Notes: generated by a model not told the origin, from the letters alone. A stretch of 64,000 nt of DNA from an uncultured Clostridia bacterium (GCA_947584805.1 CANPWU010000001.1:45138-109137), one strand, 5' to 3'. Shown: positions 41,916 to 54,184, counted from the first letter of the stretch. Numbers and translations: made by a program.

Positions 41916-43542
41916 ATGATAAGTACTCTACATATCAAAAATGTTGGAATTATCGATGATGTAACAATAGATTTAAATGATGGTTTAAATATATTAACAG
42001 GAGAAACAGGTGCAGGAAAAACGCTTATAATTGATTCACTTCAAATAATTTCAGGAGGAAGATTTTCAAAAGAAATGATAAGAAAAGGACAAGAATTTTC
42101 ATGTGTTGAAGCATCAATGTATTTGCCAGAAAATGAAAATATTGGAGATGAAAATATAGTTGTTTCAAGAGAAGTTTATTTAAATGGAAGGAATACTTGT
42201 AAAATAAATGGAAGGCTTGTTTCTGTAAGTGAACTTAAAAACTTTATGAAAGACATTATTGATATTCACGGACAACATGAAAACCAAACGTTGTTAGACG
42301 AAAGTACGCATATAAAATTTTTAGATAATTTTTCAGCGGATGAAATGAAAGAAATAAAAGAAAAATATCTTATAAAATATAAAAAATATAATGAACTCAA
42401 GGAAGAAATAAGTAAGAATTTTGGCGATGACAAGGAAAAACAAAGAGAGCTAGATTTATTAAGATATCAGAATAATGAAATAGATAGTTCAAATTTAGAA
42501 TTAGGTGAAGAAGAAGAGCTTGAAAATACAAGATCTAAGATAATGAATTCTGAAAAAATATCAAACAGCTTGCAAGAAGCAAGTTCTGAAATAAGCATGC
42601 AGGCAATTGATAGTATTAGTTTAGCCATAAGAGCATTAGAAAAAATAGAAGGAATTGATGAAAAATATGAAACTTCTTTAAACAATTTAAAAAGTGCATA
42701 CTATGAATTACAAGAAGTATCAAGAGATATAGATGACTTCAAAGAAGATGTTTATTTTGATGAAGAAGAGAGAAATAATGTAGAAACAAGACTAGATTTA
42801 ATTTATTCTTTAAAGAGAAAATATGGAAATAGCATAGAAGAAATACTTAAGTATAATGACGAAATTAAAGAAAGAATTGAAAGAATAGAGAATTCTGAAG
42901 AATATGTAAATAAATTAAAGAAAGAGCTAGAAGAAGTTATAAAAGAAATGGAAGAATATTCTAAAAAAATGCATAAAATAAGAGAAAATAATTCTAAAAT
43001 ACTTGAGGAAAAAATAAATAAAGAACTTAGTGATTTGGAAATGCAAAATGCAAAATTTTCTGTAAAATTAATGTATGAAGAAAATAGTTTTACAATATAT
43101 GGGTTAGACAAAGTAAAATTTATGATTTGTACAAATATAGGAGAGGATGATAAAGAACTTTCTAAAATTGCATCTGGTGGAGAAATGTCTAGAATAATGC
43201 TTGCAATTAAAAATGTTCTTGCAGATGTAGATCGGAGTTACAACAATGGTATTTGATGAAATAGATACTGGAATTAGTGGAAAAGCTGCAAATAGTGTTA
43301 GTGAGAAATTAAAAGCTATTTCTAAAAAGCATCAAGTACTTTGTGTAACACATTTAGCAAATATTGCGGCAAAAGGAGATTACAATTATTATATAAGCAA
43401 AGAAGTAGAAGAAGATAGAACAAAAACAAGTATTAGAAAACTAACAGAAGATGAGACAATTAAAGAAATTGCAAGAATTTCTAGTGGAGATATAAATGAT
43501 ATTTCTATTGCTCATGCTAAAACTTTAAGAAAAATTGCATAG
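41916..43542 (+). CDS. recN: DNA repair protein RecN; needs a +1 shift at 43233
   Basis: RBS ggagg precedes ATG 41916. Walker A GETGAGKT, long coiled coil, SGGEMSR signature, then VDGVTTMVFDEIDTGISG after skipping C43233. Confidence 0.9.
43233..43235 (+). other. Zero-frame CGG / +1 site (GAT CGG AGT read as GAT-GGA-GTT)
   Basis: Joins ORFs 41871-43256 and 43246-43542. Confidence 0.85.
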
Positions 43543-43550
43543 AATACTTT

Positions 43551-43600
43551 AGGGTAATTGATAAATTATAACAATATTTTATCAATTACCCTATTTTTTT
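43551..43600 (+). terminator. Rho-independent terminator after recN
   Basis: agggtaattgataa...ttatcaattaccct plus a T-run. Confidence 0.65.
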
Positions 43601-43682
43601 GAAAAATATATTGAAAAAAATCTATAGTTGTGATATAACGATATGCAGAGGGCATATAAATGTCCTTAAGAAAGAATTGTTT

Positions 43683-44715
43683 ATGAAAAATATAAAAGAC
43701 TATAATATAAATGAATTAAAAGAAGAATTGGCAAAAACTTTAAATGAAAAACCCTATAGGGCAGAGCAGATTTTTAGATGGCTTTATGTAGAAAAGGTTA
43801 CAAGTTTTGACGATATGACAGATTTGTCAAAAGATTTAAGGGAAAAATTAAAACAAGAATATTCTTTGCATAATTTTAATATTTTGGAAAAACAGGTATC
43901 TAAAGATGGTACAATAAAATATCTTTTTGATGTATTAGATGGAAATGCAATAGAAACAGTTCTTATGGAATATAAGCATGGAAGAACTGTATGTGTTTCT
44001 TCTCAGGTCGGATGCAAAATGGGATGCAAGTTCTGTGCATCAACAGGAATAGAGTTTATTAGAAATTTGACTGCTGGAGAGATAGTAGAGCAAATTTTAG
44101 GAGTAGAGCGAGATCAGAATATTAAAATATCAAACATTGTGTTCATGGGAATAGGTGAACCTCTTGATAATTTTGATAATGTAATGAATGCAATTAAAAT
44201 TGTAAACTATCCAAAGGGGCTAGGGATTGGCGCAAGACATATTAGTATTTCAACTTGTGGAATTGTTCCTAAAATTTATGAAATGGCAGATATGGACATG
44301 CAAAGTACACTTTCAATATCTTTACATCAAGCAACGAATGAAAAAAGAAGTAGTATGATGCCAATAAACAATAGATATAATATTGATGAATTGATGAAAG
44401 CATGCAGGTATTATATAGAAAAGACCAATAAGAGAATTTCTTTTGAATATGCTCTTGCAAAGGATAATAATGATAATAAAGAAGATGCAGATGAACTTGT
44501 AAAGCTTTTAAAGGGAATGTTATGCCATGTAAATTTAATACCAATAAATAAAATAGAAAATGGCAAATTTGTAAAAAGCACGAATGAAAATATTATTAAA
44601 TTTAGGGATTATTTAAATAGTAAAGGAATAACTGCAACAATAAGAAGAGAACTTGGAAGTGATATAGATGCAGCTTGTCGGACAACTTAGAAGAAAACGA
44701 GGTGAAAAAAGTTAA
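43683..44715 (+). CDS. rlmN: 23S rRNA/tRNA m2A methyltransferase RlmN (radical SAM); needs a +1 shift at 44679
   Basis: YRA.QIF.W; radical SAM CKMGCKFCAS. The C-terminal conserved AACGQL is only obtained by skipping C44679. The stop then abuts the stp ATG. Confidence 0.9.
44679..44681 (+). other. Zero-frame CGG / +1 site (TGT CGG ACA read as TGT-GGA-CAA)
   Basis: Restores DIDAACGQLRRKRGEKS and moves the stop from 44688-44690 to 44713-44715. Confidence 0.8.
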
Positions 44716-44716
44716 T

Positions 44717-45446
44717 ATGAGAGTTCTAGCAAATACTGATAAAGGATTAGTTAGAGAACAAAATGAAGATTATTATTACATTTCAAATGAAAATGAAAAT
44801 TTTAGTTTATATATGTTAGCAGATGGGATGGGAGGATACAACGGTGGAGAAGTTGCTAGCAAACTAGCAATTGAAGCTGCAAGTAGATATATAGAAGCAC
44901 ATTTTAATGAATCAGGACATGATAAAGAAATTATATTAGAACTTATAAGATCTGCAATAGACTATGCAAATGAGGTAGTATTTGAAAAGGCAAATACTTC
45001 TGATGAACTTCGAGGAATGGGTACTACTTTAGAGATTTGTTTAATATATAATAATAGAGCATACATAGGACATATTGGAGACAGTAGAATATATAGAATA
45101 CGTGATAAATTTATGAGAAAACTGACAACAGACCATAGCTATGTAGAAAGCTTAGTAAAAGGCGGAACAATCACAAAAGAAGAAGCAAAACATCATCCAA
45201 AGAAAAATATGCTTATGAAGGCTCTTCGGTTGCGCGGAAATAGTTGAACCAGATGTATTTGTTAAGAATTTTCAAATTGGAGATATAATAGTTATGACAT
45301 CGGATGGTCTTACTAATATGGTAGAAGAAACAACAATTCATGATGTTATTTTGAACGATTTTGAAAATAGTGATAAAATCCTTATAAAAATGGCTAATAT
45401 GGCTGGTGGAATTGATAACATAACATTAGTTATTATCAAGAATTAG
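44717..45446 (+). CDS. stp: PP2C-family Ser/Thr phosphatase; needs a +1 shift at 45227
   Basis: NEDY...LADGMGG...GTT; after skipping C45227 ALGCAEIVEPDVF...VMTSDGLTN...DNITLVII. Confidence 0.85.
45227..45229 (+). other. Zero-frame CGG / +1 site (CTT CGG TTG read as CTT-GGT-TGC)
   Basis: Restores the C-terminal third of PP2C. Confidence 0.85.
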
Positions 45447-45459
45447 AGGGGTGAAAAAT

Positions 45460-47434
45460 ATGAATTTGGAAGGAAGATTATTAGGAAATAGATATGAAAT
45501 ATTAGAAAGAATAGGAAATCGGAGGTATGGCAACAGTTTATAAAGCTAGATGTCATGTATTAAACAGATATGTTGCTGTTAAAATTCTAAAAGATGAGTT
45601 TACGACAGATGATGAATTTGTAAAAAGATTTAATACAGAAGCACAAGCTGTTGCAAGTTTAACACATCCTAATATTGTATCTGTATATGATGTAGGACAT
45701 GAAGGAGACTTGTATTACATTGTAATGGAGCTAATCCAAGGTAAAACTTTAAAAGAAATAATACAATCAGATGGTGCATTAAATTGGAAATGGAGTATTA
45801 ATATAGCAATACAAATAGCATCAGCACTAGAAACCGCACATAAAAATAATATAATTCACAGAGATATAAAACCACACAACATAATAATTACAGAAGACGG
45901 AATTGCAAAAGTTACAGATTTTGGAATTGCTAAATCTGTATCAAATTCTACAATAACTGCATTTGGAACAACTTTAGGCTCTGTTCATTATTTCTCACCT
46001 GAACATGCAAGAGGAGGATTTACTGATGCTAAGTCTGATTTATATTCACTTGGAGTTGTGATTTATGAAATGGTCACAGGTAAAGTTCCATTTGATGCGG
46101 ATACACCAGTATCAGTTGCATTAAAACATATGCAAGAAATACCAAAGGAACCGATGCTAGTAAATCCTGCTGTACCACCTGCAGTTAATAGAATTGTTAT
46201 GAAGGCGATGAAAAAAGATCCAAATTTAAGATATCAATCTGCAACTGAAATGTTAAAAGATTTAACATTAGCATTAAAAAATCCAGATGGAAATTTTGTT
46301 AAGATGTCAGATACAAGTGATGATTTTGCAACACAAGTTATACCAACAATTGAAAAGAAAAATATTGAAGAAAAAATAAAAGAAAGAGATTCTGAAAAGA
46401 AAAAGAAAAATAATAACTTCTTTAAAAAGCATAGAATGTTATCAGTAGCACTTGTATTAATAATATTGTTTGTAGTAAGTCTTGGTGGAACTACATTGTT
46501 CTTTAATTTAACTAGAAATAAAGATGTTCAGATTCCAAATTTAGTTGGATTAAGTGAGGAAGAGATTAAAACTAAATTAAATGGAACAAAATTATCTTAT
46601 ACGATAGTAGAAGAAAAATACGATGTGGAAGTTGATAAAGGACTTGTAATTTCTCAAAAACCAGAATTTAAGAATGATTATAAAATTAAAGAAAATACAA
46701 AAATCGAGTTAGTTATAAGTTTAGGACAAAAAATTGTAAAAGTTCCTAAAGTTGTTGGAAAAACAGAGGAAGAAGCAAGAAATGCATTAGAAGAACAAGA
46801 CTTAGAGGTAGTTGTTGTTGAAGAATTCGATAAAAAAGTCGAAGTAGGCTATGTAATAAGCCAAGATGTAACTCCAGACACAGAAGTAGGAGCAGGTTCA
46901 ACAGTTACAATTACAGTAAGTAAGGGAATAGAAGAAGTTACTGTACCAAATGTTATGGGTAAACCTAAAGATGATGCAGTAAAAGAATTACAAGATGCAG
47001 GTTTAGTAATTTCAGCAATACTTACAGATCAAGATACAACAAAGCAAGACGGAACTGTGTTAAAACAAAGCTTAGAAGGTGGTTCTACTGCAGAAAAAGG
47101 AGCAGGAATAACAATAACTGTAAATCAAATTCAACAATTAGTAGATGCAACTGCAATAATTAATTTAAAATCAGTACTTGGAAACGATATATATCAAAGC
47201 ACAGGAAGTACAGGAAATACGGCGACTACAGAACCTCAAGTAAAAACAGTAAAAGTAAAAATCGTAGTTGGAAATGATACAGTATATGAAAATACACATA
47301 AGGCAAATGAAACAAATATAAGAGTACCATTTTCAGGAATAGGAACAGTACAAGTAAAATTATATGTTGATGATATATTAAAACGTACAAAGCAAGTTAA
47401 TTTAGCAGAAGTTACTGAAGCTATGTTTGAATAA
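45460..47434 (+). CDS. pknB: PASTA-domain Ser/Thr protein kinase; needs a +1 shift at 45520
   Basis: [29 protein letters not shown] (Gly-rich loop), HRDIKPHN, DFG, a TM segment, and repeated PASTA modules (VPNLVG / VPKVVG / VPNVMG). Confidence 0.9.
45520..45522 (+). other. Zero-frame CGG / +1 site in the kinase Gly loop (AAT CGG AGG read as AAT-GGA-GGT)
   Basis: Connects the 20-codon N-terminus to ORF 45527-47434. Confidence 0.85.
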
Positions 47435-47450
47435 AGTTTATAATTAATAG

Positions 47451-47487
47451 AAAAAGAGGAGAACATTTTAAAGATTCTCCTCTTTTT
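47451..47487. terminator. Hairpin terminator between convergent pknB and the oxidoreductase
   Basis: aaaaagaggagaa...ttctcctcttttt. Confidence 0.65.
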
Positions 47488-47508
47488 AATATTTATTTTC
47501 TACAATGA

Positions 47509-48943
47509 TTACAAAGTGTCTTTTAATATTCGAGCCATTTGAACGCCACTTGCAGATGCCATAATGAGTCCTCTTGTTAATCCTCCGCCATCTCCAATTG
47601 AGTATAATCCATTTATACTTGTTTCAAAATTTTTGTCTATTGCAATTTCATTAGAATAGAATTTTATTTCAGCAGCATATAAAAGATTATCAGGATGCGC
47701 AAATCCAGGAATTACTTTATCCATTGCTTTTATAAATTCTAATATATCAACCATTGTTCTATATCCAATTGCGTATGTAATATCTCCTGCTATAGCTGTT
47801 TTCAAAGTAGGAACAACACTGTTATTTTCTAAATCTTTAGCCCATGTACGCTTTCCGATTTAAAATATCTCCAAGTCTTTGAACCAATACATTTCCTTTT
47901 CCTAATTGATTTGCATTTTCTCCAATATTTATACCATATTTAATAGGCTCTTTAAAGGGGTCACTAAAATGATGAGATGCAAGAATTGCAAGGTTTGTAT
48001 TAGTGCTTTTTTTATCTTTATATGAATGACCATTTACTAAGTTAAGATTATTATCATAGACTTCATTTGCAACAAAACCACTAGGATTTTGGCAAAATGT
48101 TCTAACCTTGTCTTTATATGGTGGAAGATGTGCAATAAATTTACCTTCATATAAGTATTCGTTTATGTCCTTCATAATACTATCTGGAAGTTCATACCTA
48201 ACTCCAACATCAACAACACCAGCATGATTTTTTATAGAATATTTAGCACACATTTCTGAAAGCCAATTAGCGCCTTTTCGACCAATACCTAAAACCACAT
48301 ATTTTGATAAAATTTCCATTTCATCTGAACCATTAGAATTTTCTATTATAACACCTAATACTTTATTATCTTTAATAATTAAATCTTTAACATTGGTTTC
48401 AAACATAATATCTATGTTATTTTCTAAAAGATAATCTTGAAGTTTTTTATAAAGCTCATGACTTTTTTCTGTACCAAGATGTCTAATAGGGCAATTTGCT
48501 AATGTTATACCATTTTCTTTGGCTCTATCTGCAATTTCTTTTATTTTGTCTAAGTGTTCTAAGCCCTCAACAGATTTGTCAGCACCAAATTTTAAATATA
48601 TTTCATCAGTATAAAACATGAGATTTTTTGTTTCTTGGACTCCAAGATATTTGTCTAAATTACCGCCTACTTCAATTGTGTCACTATCTTTGTTTGGAAG
48701 AGTGAGTTTACCATCAGAAAAAGCTCCACTTCCAGAAAAACCACTAGTGATATTGCAATATGGCTTACATTTTACACATTTTCCAGTTTTCTCAACAGGA
48801 CAATATCTTTTATCAACTGCTTTTCCTTGTTCTATAATTAATATTTTTTTATCTTTGGCAATTCCAAGTTCAATAAGCTCATAAGCTGTGAATACTCCAC
48901 TTGGACCAGCACCTACTATTATCAAGTCGTAATTATTATTCAA
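47509..48943 (-). CDS. FAD-dependent oxidoreductase (COG2509-like); needs a +1 shift at 47857
   Basis: YDLIIVGAGPSGVFTAYEL dinucleotide fold. C-terminal IGDGGGLTRG after skipping the sense-strand C at 47857. Confidence 0.7.
47855..47857 (-). other. Zero-frame CGG / +1 site (AAT CGG AAA read as AAT-GGA-AAG)
   Basis: Restores ILNGKRTWAKDLENNSVVPTLKTAIAGDIT. Confidence 0.8.
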
Positions 48944-49106
48944 AATAAATCACCCCACAAAAATTATTATATAATAAAAATATAAAAAATAAAAGGATTG
49001 TATTTTTAGTTCACATGTTATATAATAATAGAAATACAAGATAAAAGTTTTTTTATTTTTCGTAAGAATCACAATAAATTAAGTTATATTATTTGCAAAA
49101 TAAATT

Positions 49107-49695
49107 CTAAGATTTTATTTCTACAAAGTCTAAAGGGTCTTTAGAAGTTCCATCTATTTTAATTGAAAAATGAAGATGACATCCAGTTGTAGATCCATTT
49201 GTGGGATTACCATTTTTATCTTTATAAGGGTTATTTTCTACACCATAAACATTAAAAGGACCAACTTGTCCGATAATTTGCGATTGTTTTACATTATACC
49301 CGAACGTTAACTATAAAATTAGGTGATGTGTGGCAATATATAGCTTTAATATTTTCGTTTTCTAATATAATTGTATATCCACCGCTTCCATTAAAACCGA
49401 GATATGTTATTTTACCAGGCATAGTTGCTAAAAAGTATGTGCCTTCTTTAGCAGGAATATCTATTCCAGAATGAAATGGACCAGAACCTTGAAGCTTTAA
49501 ATCTCTATATCCAAAATATGAAGAAATATAATATTTGTTAGGAATTGGCCAAGTAAAACCCGATTTACTTATAAAAATATCTTCTGGATTTATTCCAAAA
49601 TCTTCATAATTCAAAAGTGAGAGAGGAGTTAAAATAGAGATGATAATTGCAATAATAATAAAAAGAATAAAAGAAAAGTTAAATAAATTATTCAT
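49107..49695 (-). CDS. M23 family metallopeptidase; needs a +1 shift at 49302
   Basis: Signal anchor and HSGIDIPA (HxxxD). After skipping the sense-strand C at 49302: VNVGYNVKQSQIIGQVGP...GCHLHF (HxH). Confidence 0.8.
49300..49302 (-). other. Zero-frame CGG / +1 site (GTT CGG GTA read as GTT-GGG-TAT)
   Basis: The catalytic HLH motif lies only in the +1 continuation. Confidence 0.85.
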
Positions 49696-49748
49696 TTTAA
49701 AGGCTACCTCCTTAAAATTTTAGTAGCCTCCAACCGTTATATATATAT

Positions 49749-50192
49749 CTATTTTTTAAACGCAAAAAACTTACTAATAAAAAAGTTTAAAATTATTACA
49801 ATAACAGTAATAATACATTTATTTACTAAAAATGCCATGTTATCACTAAGGATCCCATAAAAACTATGAATTACATCAACAAGTAAAAATACTCCTACAA
49901 TTTCTATTATCATAGTAAAACTTCTACCTAAAATAAACTTACCAAATTCAAGCCATTTTTCTTTTGCATTATTAGCTTGAGAATTAAATACCCATTTACG
50001 ATTTGTGAAATATGCAAATAAAATTGAAATGATTATACCAATTGTGCTAGCTATATTTTCTTCTATATGTAAAAAAGCTTTTAAAATATATGAAACAACA
50101 ATATTAACCATTGTTGTTAATATTCCAAAGATTAAATAAAAAATAACTTCTTTCGAAAATATTTTTTTAGCTAGTACATTTAATTTTTCCAT
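49749..50192 (-). CDS. GtrA family membrane protein
   Basis: 147 aa with four TM segments and a typical GtrA-like layout. Confidence 0.6.
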   Translation of the reverse strand: MEKLNVLAKKIFSKEVIFYLIFGILTTMVNIVVSYILKAFLHIEENIASTIGIIISILFAYFTNRKWVFNSQANNAKEKWLEFGKFILGRSFTMIIEIVGVFLLVDVIHSFYGILSDNMAFLVNKCIITVIVIILNFFISKFFAFKK

Positions 50193-50269
50193 TTAATTTT
50201 TTATTTCCTTTCTTGGATAAATAATGCTTGATTTAAGCAAGATAATACAATAGAATTTTAAAATAAAAA

Positions 50270-50344
50270 TGGCAGGGGTAGTAGGATTCGAACCCACACA
50301 AGCGGTTTTGGAGACCGATGTGCTACCATTAACACTATACCCCT
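50270..50344 (-). tRNA. trnW: tRNA-Trp (anticodon CCA)
   Basis: The reverse complement AGGGGTATAGTGTTAATGGTAGCACATCGGTCTCCAAAACCGCTTGTGTGGGTTCGAATCCTACTACCCCTGCCA folds as a cloverleaf. It has a 7-bp acceptor stem, a GTTCGAATC T-loop, a CT-CCA-AA anticodon loop, and an encoded CCA end. Confidence 0.9.
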
Positions 50345-50494
50345 ATCAATTAATACTTATATATCTTAACATATAAAATAGAAATATGCAAGTGAAAATT
50401 GAAAAAATGTAATATTGACATAATATCTATATTATATGATGTCTAAGAAAAAAGAAGATATTTCCAAGATTTTGGAAACATCTTCTTTTTCCTT

Positions 50495-50746
50495 TTAGCA
50501 ACAATTTGCTGAAAATTTTTGCTTTGTTTGATCTATTTTTTGTTGCTCTGCAGTTTCTGTTTTATACCAACCTTTTTCTGCCATTAAATTATATATTTTA
50601 TTTTGGATATCAATTGATGTTTCAAGTGCATCTTGAAAAGCCGCATGAACTTCTGCTGTTGTTGATTCAAGTGAACCATGTAAGTATAAATCACAAACAC
50701 CTTTAATTACTAAAAGTTCTTTTTCCATTAAATCTCTATCTTCCAT
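50495..50746 (-). CDS. Spore coat protein F-like (Coat_F domain) protein
   Basis: 83 aa. The pattern DLMEKELLVIKGVCDLYLHGSLES..AEVH resembles the CotF family. Confidence 0.55.
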   Translation of the reverse strand: MEDRDLMEKELLVIKGVCDLYLHGSLESTTAEVHAAFQDALETSIDIQNKIYNLMAEKGWYKTETAEQQKIDQTKQKFSANCC

Positions 50747-50763
50747 TTAAAATTCTCCTTTCA

Positions 50764-50937
50764 TTATAATAAATTTAAAAATTTGTCATACAAAGCTGTG
50801 TGAGTTTTTTCTAATTCAGCTATATAGTTTGCAAGGTTTACATCTTGAAGTTTGCTAGCTGTTTTTTGACTACAAGATTTCATGAATTTTTCATGACCTA
50901 ATGCATCTTCAACGTATAATAATTCTTTACTTGTCAT
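50764..50937 (-). CDS. Small hypothetical protein (57 aa) upstream of the CotF-like gene
   Basis: Hand-translated as MTSKELLYVEDALGHEKFMKSCSQKTASKLQDVNLANYIAELEKTHTALYDKFLNLL. RBS ggtggtg. Below the ORF-track length cut-off. Confidence 0.4.
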   Translation of the reverse strand: MTSKELLYVEDALGHEKFMKSCSQKTASKLQDVNLANYIAELEKTHTALYDKFLNLL

Positions 50938-51073
50938 ATTTAATCACCACCTATAGAATAATTATTACCATTTTTGCAAAAGATATGCAAAAAGAGATAA
51001 AAGTACCTTGACAAGATTTAAAATATGTGATAATCTAGTATTCGATACCAGATAAAAAGGAGAAGAAAAAAGG

Positions 51074-52783
51074 ATGAGATATAAAACATTTTTCGAGTAC
51101 CCTGTATTTACAAATGTAAAAGATGTAATTTATCATTCAGTTAAGAAATATCCTAAAAATGTAGCATTTAGATTAAAAGAAAAAAATGGAGAAGAAGTAA
51201 AATATATAGATATAACATATGAAAAATTTTTAGAAGATGTAAATTGCTTAGGTACAGGACTATTTTCACTTGGATTAAAAGACAAAAAGATTGCAATTCT
51301 TGCAAAAAATAGATATGAGTGGGCTTTAAGTTATGTATCTATTTTACTTGGAGGAATGATTGCAGTTCCACTTGATAAAGGACTTACAGACATAGAAATA
51401 GAAAATTCTATTTTAAGAGGAAAAGTAGATGCAATTATTTATGAAGAAAAATATGATGAAATAATTGAGAAAATAAAGGAAAGCAATAAATCTAATATTA
51501 CAACATATATTTGCATGGAAAAGATAGAAGGAAAAGAATTCTTAAAAGATATAATAGAAAATGGAAAAGAAAAGATAGAAAAAGGTGATAGAGAATATTT
51601 AGATTACAAAATAGACGATAAAGCTTTGGCAACTTTAGTATTTACATCAGGAACTACATCAAAATCAAAAGTTGTTATGCTTTCACAATATAATATTGCA
51701 AGAAATATTTCAGACATGCAACTTGTAGAAGATTTTAGAAGCACAGATGTAAACCTTGCAGTGTTGCCATATCATCACACTTTTGGCTCAACAGGTCAGC
51801 TTATAATGTTAAGCTCAGGAATTACAACTGTTTTTCCAGATGGACTTAGATATATTGCTCAAAACTTAAAAGAATACCATGTTACTTTCTTTGTTGGTGT
51901 GCCACTTTTGATAGAAAAAATATATCAAAAGATAGAAGAAGAAATAGCAAAACAGGGTAAAACAAAGTTAATAAAGGTAGCAAAGGTATTTACAAATTTA
52001 CTATTAAAATTTGGAATAGATATTAGAAGAAAAGTGTATAAACAAATAATAGATGGCTTAGGTGGACTTAGATTTGTAATAAGTGGTGCTGCAAGTCTTG
52101 ATAAAAAAGTAGAAAAAGGATTAAATGATCTTGGAATACTTACAGTTCAAGGGTATGGCTTAACAGAGACGGCACCAGTACTTTGCGCAGAGAACTATAA
52201 ATATAGAAGATATGGTTCAGTGGGCTTCCCAATGAAAAATGTACAAATTAGAATAGTTGATAAAAATAAAGAAGGAATTGGAGAAATTGTTGTTAAAGCT
52301 CCTAATGTAATGATGGGCTATTATGAAGATGAAGAAGCAACCAAAAAAGCAATAAAAGATGGGTGGTTTTATACTGGAGATTATGGATATATAGACGATG
52401 CAGGATTTGTATATATTACAGGAAGAAAAAAGAATACGATAGTTTTAAAAAACGGTAAAAAAATATTTCCAGAAGAAATAGAAGAAAATATAAACAAAAT
52501 AGATGAAGTTGAGGATTGCTTCGTATTTGGGCTTCCAAAAGAAGATGATTTAGTATTATCTGTAAAGATTAAATATGATGAAGAAGTAATCAAGAAAAAA
52601 TATGCTGGACTAAATATGGATCAGATCAAAAATGTAATTTGGGAAAAAGTAAAGGAAGCAAATAAACTTGTTCCAAAATATAAATATGTAAAGAATATGA
52701 TTTTAACGAATGTTGAATTTGCTAAAACTACAACAAATAAAATTAAAAGATTTGAAGAAATGCAAAAAATGCATTTGGCATAA
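51074..52783 (+). CDS. Long-chain acyl-CoA synthetase (AMP-forming)
   Basis: AMP-binding motifs FTSGTTSKSK, GYGLTET, YTGDYG. Promoter ttgaca...tgtgataat lies upstream. Confidence 0.8.
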   Translation: MRYKTFFEYPVFTNVKDVIYHSVKKYPKNVAFRLKEKNGEEVKYIDITYEKFLEDVNCLGTGLFSLGLKDKKIAILAKNRYEWALSYVSILLGGMIAVPLDKGLTDIEIENSILRGKVDAIIYEEKYDEIIEKIKESNKSNITTYICMEKIEGKEFLKDIIENGKEKIEKGDREYLDYKIDDKALATLVFTSGTTSKSKVVMLSQYNIARNISDMQLVEDFRSTDVNLAVLPYHHTFGSTGQLIMLSSGITTVFPDGLRYIAQNLKEYHVTFFVGVPLLIEKIYQKIEEEIAKQGKTKLIKVAKVFTNLLLKFGIDIRRKVYKQIIDGLGGLRFVISGAASLDKKVEKGLNDLGILTVQGYGLTETAPVLCAENYKYRRYGSVGFPMKNVQIRIVDKNKEGIGEIVVKAPNVMMGYYEDEEATKKAIKDGWFYTGDYGYIDDAGFVYITGRKKNTIVLKNGKKIFPEEIEENINKIDEVEDCFVFGLPKEDDLVLSVKIKYDEEVIKKKYAGLNMDQIKNVIWEKVKEANKLVPKYKYVKNMILTNVEFAKTTTNKIKRFEEMQKMHLA

Positions 52784-52933
52784 AATAAACAATATACCAA
52801 AGAAGCTTTTAATCTGCAATAAAAAGTACTTATCTTATAAAGATAGGTGCTTTTTATTTTAAAAATGTGCTATTGTAAAAATATTCAATTTGTGCTAAAA
52901 TTATATATATTTTATAAAGGGGAGAGCTATTTC

Positions 52934-53743
52934 ATGAATGTGTTTTTAGTACTTGCTTTTTTATTCTTTATAGGAAGTGTAGCTGGATGGGTATTAGAAT
53001 TACTTTATAGAAGACTAATATCAAATGGAAAATGGATAAATCCAGGCTTTTTAGTAGGACCTTATTTACCATTATATGGATTTGGATTATGTATATTTTA
53101 TTTAATTTCACAATTAAATCTAAATGGAATTCTGATAGTATTAATAATGATGATTTCGGTAACTGCAATTGAATATATTGCAGGAATAATATTTATAAAA
53201 GGTATGGGAGTAAAACTTTGGGACTATTCAAATGAATGGGGAAATATTGATGGACTTATTTGCCCACGATATATGCTATTTTGGGGAGTGCTAGGTGCAA
53301 TATACTATTACTTAATAAACCCATACATATTAGATTCATTATCATGGCTTCAAGATAATTTGGCTTTTAGTTTTTTTATAGGATTTTTCTTTGGAATAAT
53401 TTTAATAGATACAATTTATAGCACACAATTAGTTGTAAAAATTCGTAAATTTGCAAAAGAGAAACAATTAATTGTAAAATATGAAGAATTTAAAGCAACT
53501 ATTTTAGAGCAAGCACAAAAAAACAAAGAGAAGTATTCATTTATTTTTGCAATTAATAATAATGTTAAAACTATTGAAAAACACTTAAATGCATATATGA
53601 AAACTCAAATTAAGCGTACTAATAAAATAAAAAAGACTATACATCTATTTTTAAAGGACAAAGTAAGATTAAAGAAAAAAGGAGAAAATAATGAAAGCAG
53701 TAATTCAGAGAGTGAGCAAAGCGAAAGTTACAGTAAACAATAA
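52934..53743 (+). CDS. Putative membrane protein (DUF1113 / type IV ABC-transporter-like)
   Basis: [18 protein letters not shown]-terminus; multi-TM. The 3' end overlaps the dtd start by about 50 nt. Confidence 0.5.
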   Translation: MNVFLVLAFLFFIGSVAGWVLELLYRRLISNGKWINPGFLVGPYLPLYGFGLCIFYLISQLNLNGILIVLIMMISVTAIEYIAGIIFIKGMGVKLWDYSNEWGNIDGLICPRYMLFWGVLGAIYYYLINPYILDSLSWLQDNLAFSFFIGFFFGIILIDTIYSTQLVVKIRKFAKEKQLIVKYEEFKATILEQAQKNKEKYSFIFAINNNVKTIEKHLNAYMKTQIKRTNKIKKTIHLFLKDKVRLKKKGENNESSNSESEQSESYSKQ

Positions 53744-54129
53744 AATTATTGGAAATATAGGAAATGGACTTTTAGTTTTACTTGGAGTAACTCACGAAGA
53801 TACTGAAGAAAACGCCGACTTTCTAGTGAAAAAGATAATTAATTTACGTATTTTCAAAGATGAAAATGATAAAATGAATTTATCTGTGAAAGATGTAGGA
53901 GGAGATATCTTGGTTGTTTCTCAATTCACTTTATATGCAGATACGTCATCTCGGAAATAGGCCAAGTTTTACAAATGCTGCGAAACCAGATAAAGCAAAT
54001 ATTCTCTATGAATATTTTAAAGAAAAATGTGAAAAAGAAGGAATAAAAGTTCAAAGTGGCGAATTTGGAGCTCATATGGAAGTTGAACTTCTAAATGATG
54101 GACCGGTTACAATTGTTATAGAAAAATAA
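53691..54129 (+). CDS. dtd: D-aminoacyl-tRNA deacylase; needs a +1 shift at 53952
   Basis: MKAVIQRV...[18 protein letters not shown] (the shift falls inside it)...[10 protein letters not shown]. Confidence 0.9.
53952..53954 (+). other. Zero-frame CGG / +1 site (TCT CGG AAA read as TCT-GGA-AAT)
   Basis: Joins ORFs 53691-53960 and 53914-54129. Confidence 0.85.
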
Positions 54130-54136
54130 GCAAAAA

Positions 54137-54184
54137 AAAAAGAGAGAATGAAACACAAAAATATGTGAATCATTCTCTTTTTTG
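54137..54184 (+). terminator. Rho-independent terminator after dtd
   Basis: agagagaatga...tcattctct stem plus a T-run. Confidence 0.65.

Noticed and set aside
50270-50344. tRNA-Trp as a possible suppressor or recoding tRNA linked to the CGG sites
   Set aside because: The anticodon loop is the standard 7 nt with CCA, and nothing suggests CGG or quadruplet decoding. It is just a lone tRNA gene.
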